From an uncultured Actinomycetota bacterium (GTDB lineage: Bacteria > Actinomycetota > Actinomycetes > Streptosporangiales > Streptosporangiaceae): a DNA stretch of 64,000 nt. The notes beneath the pieces were generated by a model. That model worked only from the letters and a program-made list of their open reading frames with translations. It made no database searches and had not been told where the DNA came from. The DNA lies in NCBI GenBank assembly GCA_963837255.1, contig CAWIMN010000012.1:58079-122078 (forward strand), given 5' to 3'. Below, piece after piece: positions 45,414 to 55,227 of this stretch. The position numbers were made by a program, and so were the translations under genes. Every line of letters starts with the position of its first letter. Position 1 is the first letter of the stretch.

Positions 45414-46800
45414 TCAGGCCGTGGGGTTGTGCCAGGTCTCGCCGTCCGGAAGCAGCGAGTCCGCGGTCGCCGGGCCCCAGCTGCCGGACGCGTACGGCAT
45501 GACCGGCACCGTGTCTGCGAGCACCGGCTGCACGACGCGCCATGCCGCCTCGACGGTCTCCTGCCGGGCGAACAGGTACCGCTCTCCGTTCAGGGCGGCC
45601 CCGATCAGCCGGTCGTATGGCCGCATCATCTGCTTCATCGTCTGTCCCGCGTAGGCGAGCTCGCGTGGCTGTGGCGTCAGCTCGGGGCCCGGCTTCTTGC
45701 CGAGCAGCGTGACCCCCACCCGATCGTCGGGATAGATGCGGACTCGCAGCTGGTTGGCGGCCGCCTGGTCGCCGAGGCCGAACACGTCGTGGGATGGCCT
45801 GCGGAAGCGGAGCACGACGTCGGTCGCGGTGAGCGGCAGGCACTTGCCAGCCCGGATCAGGATCGGCACGTCCGCCCAGCGCCACGACTGGGCGCTCAGC
45901 CTGACGGCCGCAAACGTCTCGGTCGTGCTGCCGGGCGCAACGCCGGGGACGGCTAGGTAGCCCTCGTACTGGCCGCGCACCGTTGTCTGCGGGCTCAGCG
46001 GCTCAAGCGCGCCGATGATCTGCGATTTTGCTTCACGCCAGTACGCCAGGCCGCTGCCGTCAGGCGGATCGGCCAGCACCGTCGCCAGCACCTGGAGCAT
46101 GTGATTCTGAATGACATCCCGGATCGCGCCGGTCTTGTCATAGAAACTGCCACGATCGGCGACGTCGAACGCCTCGGCCATCGTGATCTGGATACTCGCC
46201 ACGTGACTCCGGTTCAGCAGCGGCTCGATGATGGAATTGGCGAACCGGACAAACAGTAGGTTTTCCACCGGCTCGAGTCCGAGCCAGTGGTCGACCCGGT
46301 AGATCGCCTCCTCCGGGAAGTAGTGATGCATGGTCTCGCTGAGCTTGATGGCGCTGGCGAGGCTCGGTGCCGAATGGCTTCTCCACCATGACCCGCGCGC
46401 CGGCGGTCCGGCCTGCCGCGGCGATCCCCTCGGCGATCCGGGCGAAGAGCGAGGGCGGCACTTCGAGGTAGTACAAGGGATGCTGGCCGTCGCCCATGGC
46501 CGCCGACATCGCCTGGTAGGTAGCCGGATCGGCCAGATCGCCATCAACATAGCGGAGCAATCCGAGCATCCGGGTCGCCGGCGGACTCGCGGGGTCAATA
46601 TCGTTCAGCTTCAGCGACGCGGCGGCGTACTCGCGGAACTGATCAAGGCCCCAGCCGCTGCTGGCGACGCCAATCACCGGAACGGTCAGGACGCCGCGCG
46701 CGACCAGGCCGACCAGTGCCGGGAAGGTCTCGATCTTCGCCAGGTCCCCGGTCGCTCCGAAGATGACCAGCGCATCCACGTTGTCTGCCGGCATGCCCAC
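45414..46800 (-). pseudogene. zwf: Glucose-6-phosphate dehydrogenase, one +1 frame shift near 46362
   Basis: The N-terminal frame reads VIFGATGDLAK...YYLEVPP...VMVEKPFGTE. The next frame reads LASAIKLSETMHHYFPEEAIYRVDHWLG... The junction GGCACCGAGCCTCGCC looks like GAC-CTC (D-L) with one extra base. Confidence 0.8.
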
Positions 46801-46854
46801 GCTCCCTCCGGCTCAGGTATCCACGCAAAGCCTCGCACGTTAGGCTCGCCTCCG

Positions 46855-47379
46855 ATGATCGTGGTAGTGGCCGGCGTGGCCGGCAGCGGCAAGACGACCG
46901 TCGGCCAGCTGCTGGCCGCCCGGCTTGGCTGGACGTTCGCCGACGGCGACTCGTTTCACCCGGCCGCCAACGTGGCTAAGATGCGGGCCGGCCTGCCCCT
47001 CACCGACGACGACCGGCGGCCCTGGCTCGCCGCGATCATCTCCTGGATGGACGACATCATTGCCAGCGGCCAGTCCGCTGTGTCGGCCTGCTCGGCACTG
47101 AAGCGCCGGTACCGGGACGAATTGCTGACCGGCCGGGACCAGGCCGAGATGGCGTTCCTGGTGATCAGCCGGGAGCAGGACGAGGCGCGGCTTGCCGCGC
47201 GCACTGGACACTTCTTCCACGAGCCGCTGCTGGCGAGCCAGTTCGCTGACCTGGAGATGCCCCACGACGAGCCGCGCGTGCACCTGGTCAGTGTCGGCGA
47301 TCGGCAAGCTGGCCACGTCGCAGCCGAGATCATCAACATGATCGGCCTCGCGCCCGCAGCCCGCACGCAATCGTCCTGA
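46855..47379 (+). CDS. gntK: Gluconokinase (shikimate-kinase-fold)
   Basis: MIVVVAGVAGSGKTTVGQLLA P-loop, FADGDSFHP and LKRRYRD, 174 aa. Divergent from zwf. Confidence 0.8.
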   Translation: MIVVVAGVAGSGKTTVGQLLAARLGWTFADGDSFHPAANVAKMRAGLPLTDDDRRPWLAAIISWMDDIIASGQSAVSACSALKRRYRDELLTGRDQAEMAFLVISREQDEARLAARTGHFFHEPLLASQFADLEMPHDEPRVHLVSVGDRQAGHVAAEIINMIGLAPAARTQSS

Positions 47380-47459
47380 CAGCCACACCACCCGCAGCGG
47401 GTGGTGTTCGCAAGGCGCGCGCCGGAGACGATCTGAGTCATCAGTGAGGTTGTCGCGGC

Positions 47460-49838
47460 ATGCCAGCGAGCGGAGCACTACCCATGCGCAAGCAGTTCAA
47501 GGGCACGAGCAATATCGACGTACGGGACTCGGTGCCTGACTGGGAACCGTTCGAGCCGCCAGCGGCACCGGCTGGGGCGCCGAATGTGGTGTACATCGTG
47601 CTGGACGACGTCGGCTTCTCGGCCATGAGCAGCTACGGCGGGCCGATCGAGACGCCCAACATCGACCGGATCGCCGGCGCCGGGGTGCGGTATACCCAGT
47701 GGCACACCACCGCGTTGTGCTCGCCGACCCGGTCGTGCCTGCTGACCGGCCGCAACCACACACGCAACAGCATGGCCTGCATCACCGAAGGCGCCATCGG
47801 GTTCCCGAACGCTAGCGGCACGATCCCGCCGGAGAACGGAATGATCTCGGAGATCCTCGGCGAGCAGGGCTGGAACACCTACGCCATCGGCAAGTGGCAC
47901 CTGACACCCGAGTCTGAATGCAACGTGGCCTCGCCGCGCCGGACCTGGCCGAGTGGCCGCGGGTTCGAGCGCTTCTACGGCTTCCTCGGGGCCGAGACCA
48001 ACCAGTGGTACCCGGACCTGGTCTACGACAACCACCCCACCGACCAGCCGTACTCGCCAGCCGAGGGCTATCACCTGACCGACGACCTCACTGACCGGGC
48101 GCTGGAGTTCATCATGGACGCCAAGACCATCGCGCCGGACAAGCCGTTCTTCCTCTACTTCGCGCCAGGCGCATGCCACGCCCCGCACCAGGTACCGAAG
48201 ACCTGGATCGAGAAGTTCAAGGGCCGGTTCGACATGGGCTATGAAGCACTGCGGGAGCAGACGCTGGCCCGGCAGAAGACAATGGGGATCGTGCCCGGCG
48301 ACACCGATCTGCCGCCGGTCAATCCGCTCGGAACGCCGCAGACGCATACCGACCCGCGCCAGCCGATGCCCGAGCTCGAGCTGACCCGGCCGTGGGAGTC
48401 GCTGTCCGCGGACGAGAAGCGGCTGTTCTGCCGGATGGCCGAGGTGTATGCGGGGTTCCTCGCCCACACCGACTACCACATCGGCCGGCTCCTGGACTTC
48501 CTGACCGAGTCCGAGCAGCTAGACAACACGCTGGTGATCCTGGTGTCGGACAACGGCGCATCGGGCGAAGGCGGCCCCAACGGTTCGGTGAACGAGAACA
48601 AGATCGCGAACGGCATCCCTGACGATCTGGCGGAGAACCTGAGCAAGATCGATGACCTGGGCGGCCCGCGGACCTACAACCACTACCCGACCGGCTGGGC
48701 GATGGCGTTCAACACGCCATTCAAGATGTGGAAGCGGTACGAGTTCAACGGCGGCACCGCCGATCCGTGCATCATGTCCTGGCCGAAGGGCATGAAGGCC
48801 CGCGGGGAGATCCGGCATCACTACCACCACGCCATCGACCTCGTGCCGACGATCCTGGACGTGCTTGGCGTCGACGCACCTGAGTCGATCAAGGGCCACG
48901 CCCAGTCCGATTTTGACGGCGTGAGCATGAGATACAGCTTCGACGACACGTCGGGCCTGTCCGCGCGCCGGACCCAGTTCTACTCGATGCTCGGCTCGCG
49001 CTCGATCTGGCATGACGGCTGGAAGGCTGTCACCACCCACATCGCGTGCGCCGGGTGGGGCGACTTCGGCAACGACACGTGGGAGCTGTACCACACCGAC
49101 GCGGACCGCTCCGAGTGCCACAACCTGGCTGACAGCGAGCCTGGGCGACTGCGCGACCTGATCAGCCTCTGGTACGCCGAGGCCGGCGCGAATGGCGCAT
49201 TCCCGCTGGACGACAGGGGCCCGGTGGAGATCTTCCTCACGCCCCGGCCGACGCTGAGCCAGCCGAAGAACCGGTACGTCTATTTCCCCGGCGGGGCCGA
49301 GGTGCCAGAAGCACAGGCGGTGAACATCCGCAACAGGTCCTACTCGATCGGTGCGCTCGTCGACATCTCCGCGCCGGGACCCAGCGGGGTCCTGTTCGCG
49401 CACGGTTCGCGATTCGGCGGGCACGCGCTCTACGTCAAGGAGAACCGCCTGCGCTACGTCTACAACTTCGTCGGCAGCCTCGAGCAGCGGATCGTCGCCC
49501 GGGAGGACGTCCCGGCCGGCGAGAACCTGATCCTGTCCGCGTCGTTCGACAAGGACGGCGAGGAGGCACCCGGCGTTGCCACCGGGGTGCTGTCGCTCTA
49601 TTACGGAGACAAGAAGGTCGGTGAGGGCCGGATCAAGACCCAGCCGGGCAAGTTCTCCATCGCCGGCGAGGGCCTGTGTGTCGGCCGCGACAGTGGCGAG
49701 CCAGTCACCGACGACTACCCTGGCACGCCACCCTGTAGTTTCACCGGCGGCACCATCCACCGGGTGGCAGTCGACGTCAGCGGTGAGCCATACCTCGACC
49801 TTGAGCGCGAGGCTGCGGCCATGCTGGCCAGGGAGTGA
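47460..49838 (+). CDS. Cys-type arylsulfatase (long form)
   Basis: VVYIVLDDVGF and TALCSPTRSCLLTGRNH (CxPxR formylglycine motif), 792 aa. Confidence 0.9.
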   Translation: MPASGALPMRKQFKGTSNIDVRDSVPDWEPFEPPAAPAGAPNVVYIVLDDVGFSAMSSYGGPIETPNIDRIAGAGVRYTQWHTTALCSPTRSCLLTGRNHTRNSMACITEGAIGFPNASGTIPPENGMISEILGEQGWNTYAIGKWHLTPESECNVASPRRTWPSGRGFERFYGFLGAETNQWYPDLVYDNHPTDQPYSPAEGYHLTDDLTDRALEFIMDAKTIAPDKPFFLYFAPGACHAPHQVPKTWIEKFKGRFDMGYEALREQTLARQKTMGIVPGDTDLPPVNPLGTPQTHTDPRQPMPELELTRPWESLSADEKRLFCRMAEVYAGFLAHTDYHIGRLLDFLTESEQLDNTLVILVSDNGASGEGGPNGSVNENKIANGIPDDLAENLSKIDDLGGPRTYNHYPTGWAMAFNTPFKMWKRYEFNGGTADPCIMSWPKGMKARGEIRHHYHHAIDLVPTILDVLGVDAPESIKGHAQSDFDGVSMRYSFDDTSGLSARRTQFYSMLGSRSIWHDGWKAVTTHIACAGWGDFGNDTWELYHTDADRSECHNLADSEPGRLRDLISLWYAEAGANGAFPLDDRGPVEIFLTPRPTLSQPKNRYVYFPGGAEVPEAQAVNIRNRSYSIGALVDISAPGPSGVLFAHGSRFGGHALYVKENRLRYVYNFVGSLEQRIVAREDVPAGENLILSASFDKDGEEAPGVATGVLSLYYGDKKVGEGRIKTQPGKFSIAGEGLCVGRDSGEPVTDDYPGTPPCSFTGGTIHRVAVDVSGEPYLDLEREAAAMLARE

Positions 49839-49898
49839 CCCCTGACGTCGGCTAGCGCCACGACATCCCAGCTCAGGCGCGCTGTCGGCGCGGCACTG

Positions 49899-50402
49899 GT
49901 GGTCGCGGCGGCCACCGCGGTCTATTACCAGATACCGGTGCCGGGCCAGATGCGCAAGAGCTCGTGGATCATCATGTTCAGCCTGGGCGTCATCGTGCTC
50001 GGCCTGCTGATCCTGCTCTCGGTCCGCGGACTGATGCGAGCGGGCGAGCACGCCCGCGTCCGCGGCCTGGTGCTATTGCTCACGGTGACCGTGCTGTTCT
50101 TTTCCTGGGCCGATGAGTCGGTCGCCGCCCTGCCGAATCAGTTCGCCGACCTGACCAACAAGACGGACGCGCTGTACTTCAACATCAGCACACTGGCGAC
50201 TGTTGGCTTCGGCGATGTGCACCCAGTCGGCCAGCTCGCCCGCGCGGCTGTCAGCCTCCAGATCGTGTTCAACCTGGTATTCCTCGGGGCGGCCTTCAGC
50301 ATCATCTCCGGCTACTTCCGGGTCAGGGCCACCAGCCGGATGCAGCCCTCAGCGAGCCGGGGGCGGCCTGATGACACACCGGAACCCGAGGTGCCCCGTT
50401 GA
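49899..50402 (+). CDS. Two-TM potassium channel family protein
   Basis: Selectivity filter STLATVGFGDV flanked by hydrophobic helices, 167 aa. Confidence 0.75.
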   Translation: MVAAATAVYYQIPVPGQMRKSSWIIMFSLGVIVLGLLILLSVRGLMRAGEHARVRGLVLLLTVTVLFFSWADESVAALPNQFADLTNKTDALYFNISTLATVGFGDVHPVGQLARAAVSLQIVFNLVFLGAAFSIISGYFRVRATSRMQPSASRGRPDDTPEPEVPR

Positions 50403-51371
50403 CGTGTCGACCGCCTCGCCCTGGCGGGCCGCCGGCCGGTAGCGCAAGCAGTAACTCGGCGCGCACAGATGCGAGCCGCCCTTGATGACCCGGCGCGGGA
50501 TCTCCGCCGACTGGATCCGGCTCGCCTGAGCCGCGCTGATGCGCGGGTTACGCGGCACGCAGCAAGCCGTATCCGGCGCCTCAGCATGATGCCGTGGCCG
50601 GAAGAAGTCCGCGGTCCATTCCCACACGTTCCCGGCCATGTCGTAGAGCCCGTAGCCGTTGGCGGGGAACATGGCGACCGGCGAGGTGCCCTCGTAGCCG
50701 TCCAGCATCAGGTTCTGCCAGGGAAACTCGCCCTGCCAGGTGTTAGCCATCTGCCGGCCGGCTGGCGCGAAGTCGTTACCCCACACGTAGACCGCGCCGT
50801 CAAGGCCGCCACGCGCGGCGTATTCCCACTCGGCCTCGGTCGGCAGGTCCTTACCGGCCCAGTCGGCGTAGGCACGGGCATCGGCGTAGGCCACATGCGT
50901 CACCGGATGCTTGTCTCGCCTGGATACGTCGCTGCCGGGACCCTCCGGGTGCCGCCATGAGGCGCCGGGAACATAAGCCCACCAGTTCGTGTAGTCACGC
51001 AGGTCGACCGGACCGACGGTCTTGCGGAACACCAGCGAGCCGGGTACCAGCAGCCCGGGCTCGGCGTCCGGATAGGCGGCCGGGTCCGGCGCCTGCTCCG
51101 CGACCGTGACGTGCCCGGTCTGCTTCACGAACCGGCGGAACTCCGCGACGGTGACGGGGCGGGCGTCCATCCAGAATCCGTCGACGGCGACCGCGTGGAC
51201 CGGGCGCTCCTCCGGATAGAAGTCCGCTGATCCCATCGCGAACTCGCCTGCCGGTATCCAGGTCATCCCTGCCGTCGGCGTCGCGGGAAGGCGGCGCTGC
51301 GTGTCAGTCTGCATCCGGCTGCCTATACCCACGATCACGAGCCTGGCAACTGCCTCGGTCCTCGTGTTCAC
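50349..51371 (-). CDS. Formylglycine-generating enzyme (SUMF1/FGE family)
   Basis: MTWIPAGEFAMGS, NVWEWT and GGSHLCAPSYCLRYRPAAR. The alternative start is the ATG at 51312. Confidence 0.85.
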   Translation of the reverse strand: MNTRTEAVARLVIVGIGSRMQTDTQRRLPATPTAGMTWIPAGEFAMGSADFYPEERPVHAVAVDGFWMDARPVTVAEFRRFVKQTGHVTVAEQAPDPAAYPDAEPGLLVPGSLVFRKTVGPVDLRDYTNWWAYVPGASWRHPEGPGSDVSRRDKHPVTHVAYADARAYADWAGKDLPTEAEWEYAARGGLDGAVYVWGNDFAPAGRQMANTWQGEFPWQNLMLDGYEGTSPVAMFPANGYGLYDMAGNVWEWTADFFRPRHHAEAPDTACCVPRNPRISAAQASRIQSAEIPRRVIKGGSHLCAPSYCLRYRPAARQGEAVDTSTGHLGFRCVIRPPPAR

Positions 51372-51462
51372 CCGTGGCGGGTGACGCCGCAGCCTGCGCG
51401 CGGGGGAAATCTAGTGGAATGACGGCGATCACGGGATTTCCTGCGCGCCAGGACGCATCCCG

Positions 51463-52132
51463 ATGCTGACTGACGCGGCAGGACTGGCCGTGCTCGCGGC
51501 GCTCTCGCCTACCGCGGTTCTGGTGTCGGCGGTGTTTCTCGGCTCGGCCAATCCGCACCGGACCGTCCTGATCTACCTGGCCGGCGCGATCGTCATCACC
51601 GGGCTCATGGCGACGATCGTCTTCGTCGTGCTGCACGCCGGGCACGTCTACAAGCCACACGAGCACCAGACCAGATACGGGGTGCGCCTCGGCATCGGCC
51701 TGCTGTTGCTCCTGGCGGGCGGATACCTGCGACGGCGCGGGCCCAAGCTGCCCGACCCGGCGAAGAAGGACAAGGGCATGCTTTCGCGGCTGATAGCAAA
51801 GCCCGGCGGTAAGGCGGCCTTCATCGTCGGCGTCCTGGTGTATTCGCCGTCGCTGACGTTCGTCGCGGCGGTCCAGGTGGTCGCCACGTGCGAACCAGAG
51901 CATCGCCGCCAGCATCCTGGACCTAATCGTGATCATCGCGATCACCATCACGTTCGTCTGGCTGCCGCTCGTGCTGTACCTGCTCGCGCCCGAGCGCACG
52001 AGCCGGATTCTCCGCAACTTCAACGAGTGGCTGCGATCGCACGGGCATGTGCTCACGGTGGGCGCGCTGCTGGTCGGCGGCGTGCTGCTGACGCTCAACG
52101 GCATCCTCGGCGTGACCGGCGTGGTTGGCTAG
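51463..52132 (+). pseudogene. GAP/Sap-family (sulfolipid-addressing-protein-like, PF11139-type) membrane protein, one +1 shift near 51889
   Basis: Frame 1 runs to ...VAAVQVVAT. The next frame then reads ANQSIAASILDLIVIIAITITFVWLPLVLYLLAPERTSRILRNFNEWLRSHG..., which is the conserved C-terminal half of this family. Confidence 0.65.
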
Positions 52133-52186
52133 CGAGTCATCCGGTCCGGGTGAGGCCAGGTCGCGCTTGCCGGGAATGACCGGGGG

Positions 52187-54083
52187 ATGTCCGTTCTCTC
52201 ACCGCCGCGGGCTGCGGCGGCGCTCGCAAGGTCCCCGTTCCCGCAAATAGCCGACTACGCGTTCCTGTCGGATTGCAACACCACCGCCCTCGTCGCGCCG
52301 GACGGAGCGGTGGAGTGGATGTGCCTGCCACGGCCGGACTCGCCGAGCGTGTTCGCGACGCTGCTCGACCGGTCGGCCGGATTCTTCCGGTTCGGGCCGG
52401 TGCACTCGCGGGTACCAGCCCAGCGGCGGTACATCCCTGGCACGATGGTGCTGGAGACGACCTGGTCGACCGCCACCGGATGGCTGGTCGTGCGCGACGC
52501 GCTGGTGATGGGGCCGTGGCGGGGCCAGGAGCGGATCGAGGGCCACCGGCGCCCGCCGGGTGACTACACCGGGCGCGGCATGCTCGTGCGGACCGCCACG
52601 TGCATCTCCGGCGAGGTTGACCTGATGCTGGACTGCATGCCACTGTTCGATTACGGCCGCAACTCCGGGACGTGGACCTACGAGAGCGCCGGCTACGGCG
52701 TCGCGTCGTGCGTGCTGGCCGACCAGCCGGAGATCATGCTGTCGAGCAGCCTGAACCTGGGCCTCGGCGGCGCGAGGGCGACAGCACGCACCGCTCTGCC
52801 GCAAGGCGAGACGCGAGACCGCGTACGCCGCCTTGTCCTGGCAGCACGGCTCCATCACGGAAGTGGCCGAGGCCGAGGCCGAGATGGACGCGACGATCAT
52901 GGTCTGGCGTGACTGGCTTCGCCATGCCAGCACGAAGATGCCCGATCACCCCTGGCGTCCGTACCTGGAGCGGAGCGCGCTCACGCTCAAGGGCCTGAGC
53001 TACGCACCGTCGGGCGCCATCATGGCGGCGGCTACGACGTCGCTGCCGGAGGCGCCGGGCGGCGAGCGCAACTGGGACTACCGGTTCACCTGGATCCGCG
53101 ACTCGGCGTTCATGCTCTCGGCGCTGTACAAGCTGGGCTTCGACTGGGAGGCGTTCGGCTATTTCGGGTTCCTCATGGATGCCGTCAACGCAGGCCCGCT
53201 GCAGATCATGTACGGCGTCGACGCCGAGCGGGAACTGCATGAGCAGGTGCTCGGCCACCTGCGTGGCTACGAGGGCGCACGGCCGGTGCGCATCGGCAAC
53301 GGCGCTTTCGACCAGCGGCAGCACGACGTGTGGGGCATGGCCATGGAAGCCATCGCCGTGTACTTCGACAACGCCGCCGCGGAAATCGGCCCGGTCGCAT
53401 GGATGGCCGTGGGCGTGATGGTCGAGCGGGCGCTGCAGGTATGCAGCGAGCCGGATCGCGGGATCTGGGAAGTGCGTGGCGAGCCGCGGCATTTCACCGC
53501 GTCGAAGGTGATGTGCTGGGTCGCCGTCGACCGCGGGGCCAAGCTGGCCGAGGGCCGGGGCGATGTCGAGCTGGCGACTCGCTGGCGTGCCGAGGCGGAC
53601 AAGATCCACGCCGAGATCTGCGCGCAAGGGGTCGACGAGCGGGGCGTGTTCGTGCAGACGTACGGCGGCTCGGCCCTGGACGCATCGCTGCTGCTGGTCC
53701 CCCTTATGGGTTTCCTGCCGCCAGCCGATGACCGGGTCCGGGCGACCGTGCTGGCCATCGCGGCCGAGCTCAGTGTCGACGGCCTCGTGCTGCGATACCG
53801 GCCGGAGGAGACCGATGACGGGCTCGCTGGCACCGAAGCAACCTTCACCATCTGCTCGTTCTGGCTGGTGTCTACCCTGGCGATGATCGGCGAGACGCAG
53901 CGGGCCGCGGCGCTCTGCGGGAAGCTGCTGTCGCTCGCCAGCCCGCTCGAGCTCTACGCCGAGGAGATCGAGGCGGAGAGCGGCCGGCACCTCGGCAACT
54001 TCCCGCAGGCGTTTACGCACCTGGCGCTCATCGACGCGGTGCTGCGCGTGATCGCGGCCGAGCGCGCGGTGGCACCGGTGTAG
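52187..54083 (+). pseudogene. Glycoside hydrolase family 15 (glucoamylase/trehalase-like), one +1 shift near 52820
   Basis: The N-domain IADYAFLSDCNTTALVAPDGAVEWMCLPR runs to ...LPQGETRD. It continues in the next frame as AYAALSWQHG...ERSALTLKGL...TTSLPE...ERNWDYRFTWIRD, the catalytic (alpha/alpha)6 domain. Confidence 0.8.
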
Positions 54084-54194
54084 CGCGTCCACCTACGAGC
54101 ACCAGACGAGCCCGGCCCCATGACGACGGGGCCGGGCTCGCTGCTAGTCCGCGGAGCCGGGCCAGGCGCGGCTGACGCCTGACGATCGGCCGGG

Positions 54195-54822
54195 CTACAT
54201 CATCGATTCGCTGCGGTCGCCTCCGTCGTGGATTAGGCCCCAGATGGCGAAGACGCTGACCGCCACCAGGATGATGCCAATGACTGGCGTGTACACCAGC
54301 CACAGGAAGCCCGCTATCGCTGTCAGCACCGCGAGGCCAACCGCGACTGGCCGTGCTGCGGAGATGCCCAGCATCGCGCTGGCCCCGGCGGCGAACAGCA
54401 CCACGCCCGAGGATCAGCAAGACCCAGCCCCAGCCACGCCCGTTCCACTGGTAGGCGTAGCCCGAGACGGTCGGGTAGAAGTGCGGCCGGACGACGACGC
54501 CGAGACCGGCGAGGAACGACAGCAGCCCGGCGACGACCGCGAGGACGCCGCCAACCATGCTGCCGGTGCTGGGCCGGTAGCCGCTGCCCGGCGGTGCGAT
54601 ACTCCGCCGATGGTGCCGTCCCGCGCCCGTAGCTCGCGCTCGTTGGCTGTTGCCCGCCTGCCTGCTCCCGCATGCTGGTCGTCATGCCTGTGGTCGTGGT
54701 CCCCGTGGTAGGGCCGGTGGCGGCCTGCTTCGCTTGTCATGCCCGGTACTCGTCGCGCCAGCGGCCTTCTCCGCGCCCTGGGCACCGGTCTGACCTGAGG
54801 ATCGGTCCTGTGCTCTGCTCAT
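54195..54822 (-). pseudogene. DUF7144-like membrane protein, with 2 well-supported and up to 4 possible +1 shifts
   Basis: GGVLAVVAGLLSFLAGL...YAYQWNGRGWGWVLLILG continues after a shift near 54405 as VVLFAAGASAMLGISAARPVAVGLAVLTAIAGFLWLVYTPVIGIILVAVSVFAIWGL. The upstream low-complexity N-terminus appears to pass through further frames at about 54583 and about 54700-54740. Confidence 0.5.
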
Positions 54823-55227
54823 CGAAGCCACTCCCCTCTGACCTGGCCGGGCAGCCCGCCTCGACCGGCTGGGTCCCCAGCGCGGCACCGGCCCATGGCT
54901 AACCGGTTGTCCGGGTTGTTCTTCTAGGGACGCTACGGAGGGTCGTGGAACCGGGCATCACCCAGCCAGGGTGATCCGGGCTGGCCCCCATTTTCACTGG
55001 ACGCGCCGTGGCATAGCGGGCATAGCCGGTCGCTCTGATTGGTAGCCGGGGCTTGCGGGTATGGCGGTACCGGGGCGTTGAGCTGCAATTTCACCGCAGC
55101 GGGTGAGTGCGAGCGGCGGTAACTGGCGCATCGGGGGTTCGCGTCACTTCGCGATGCATGTCCAGTACCGCACGACACGGGAGGCAAGTTCCGGGCGCGG
55201 CAGTCATCCGCTCGGCGCCGGGGGAGG

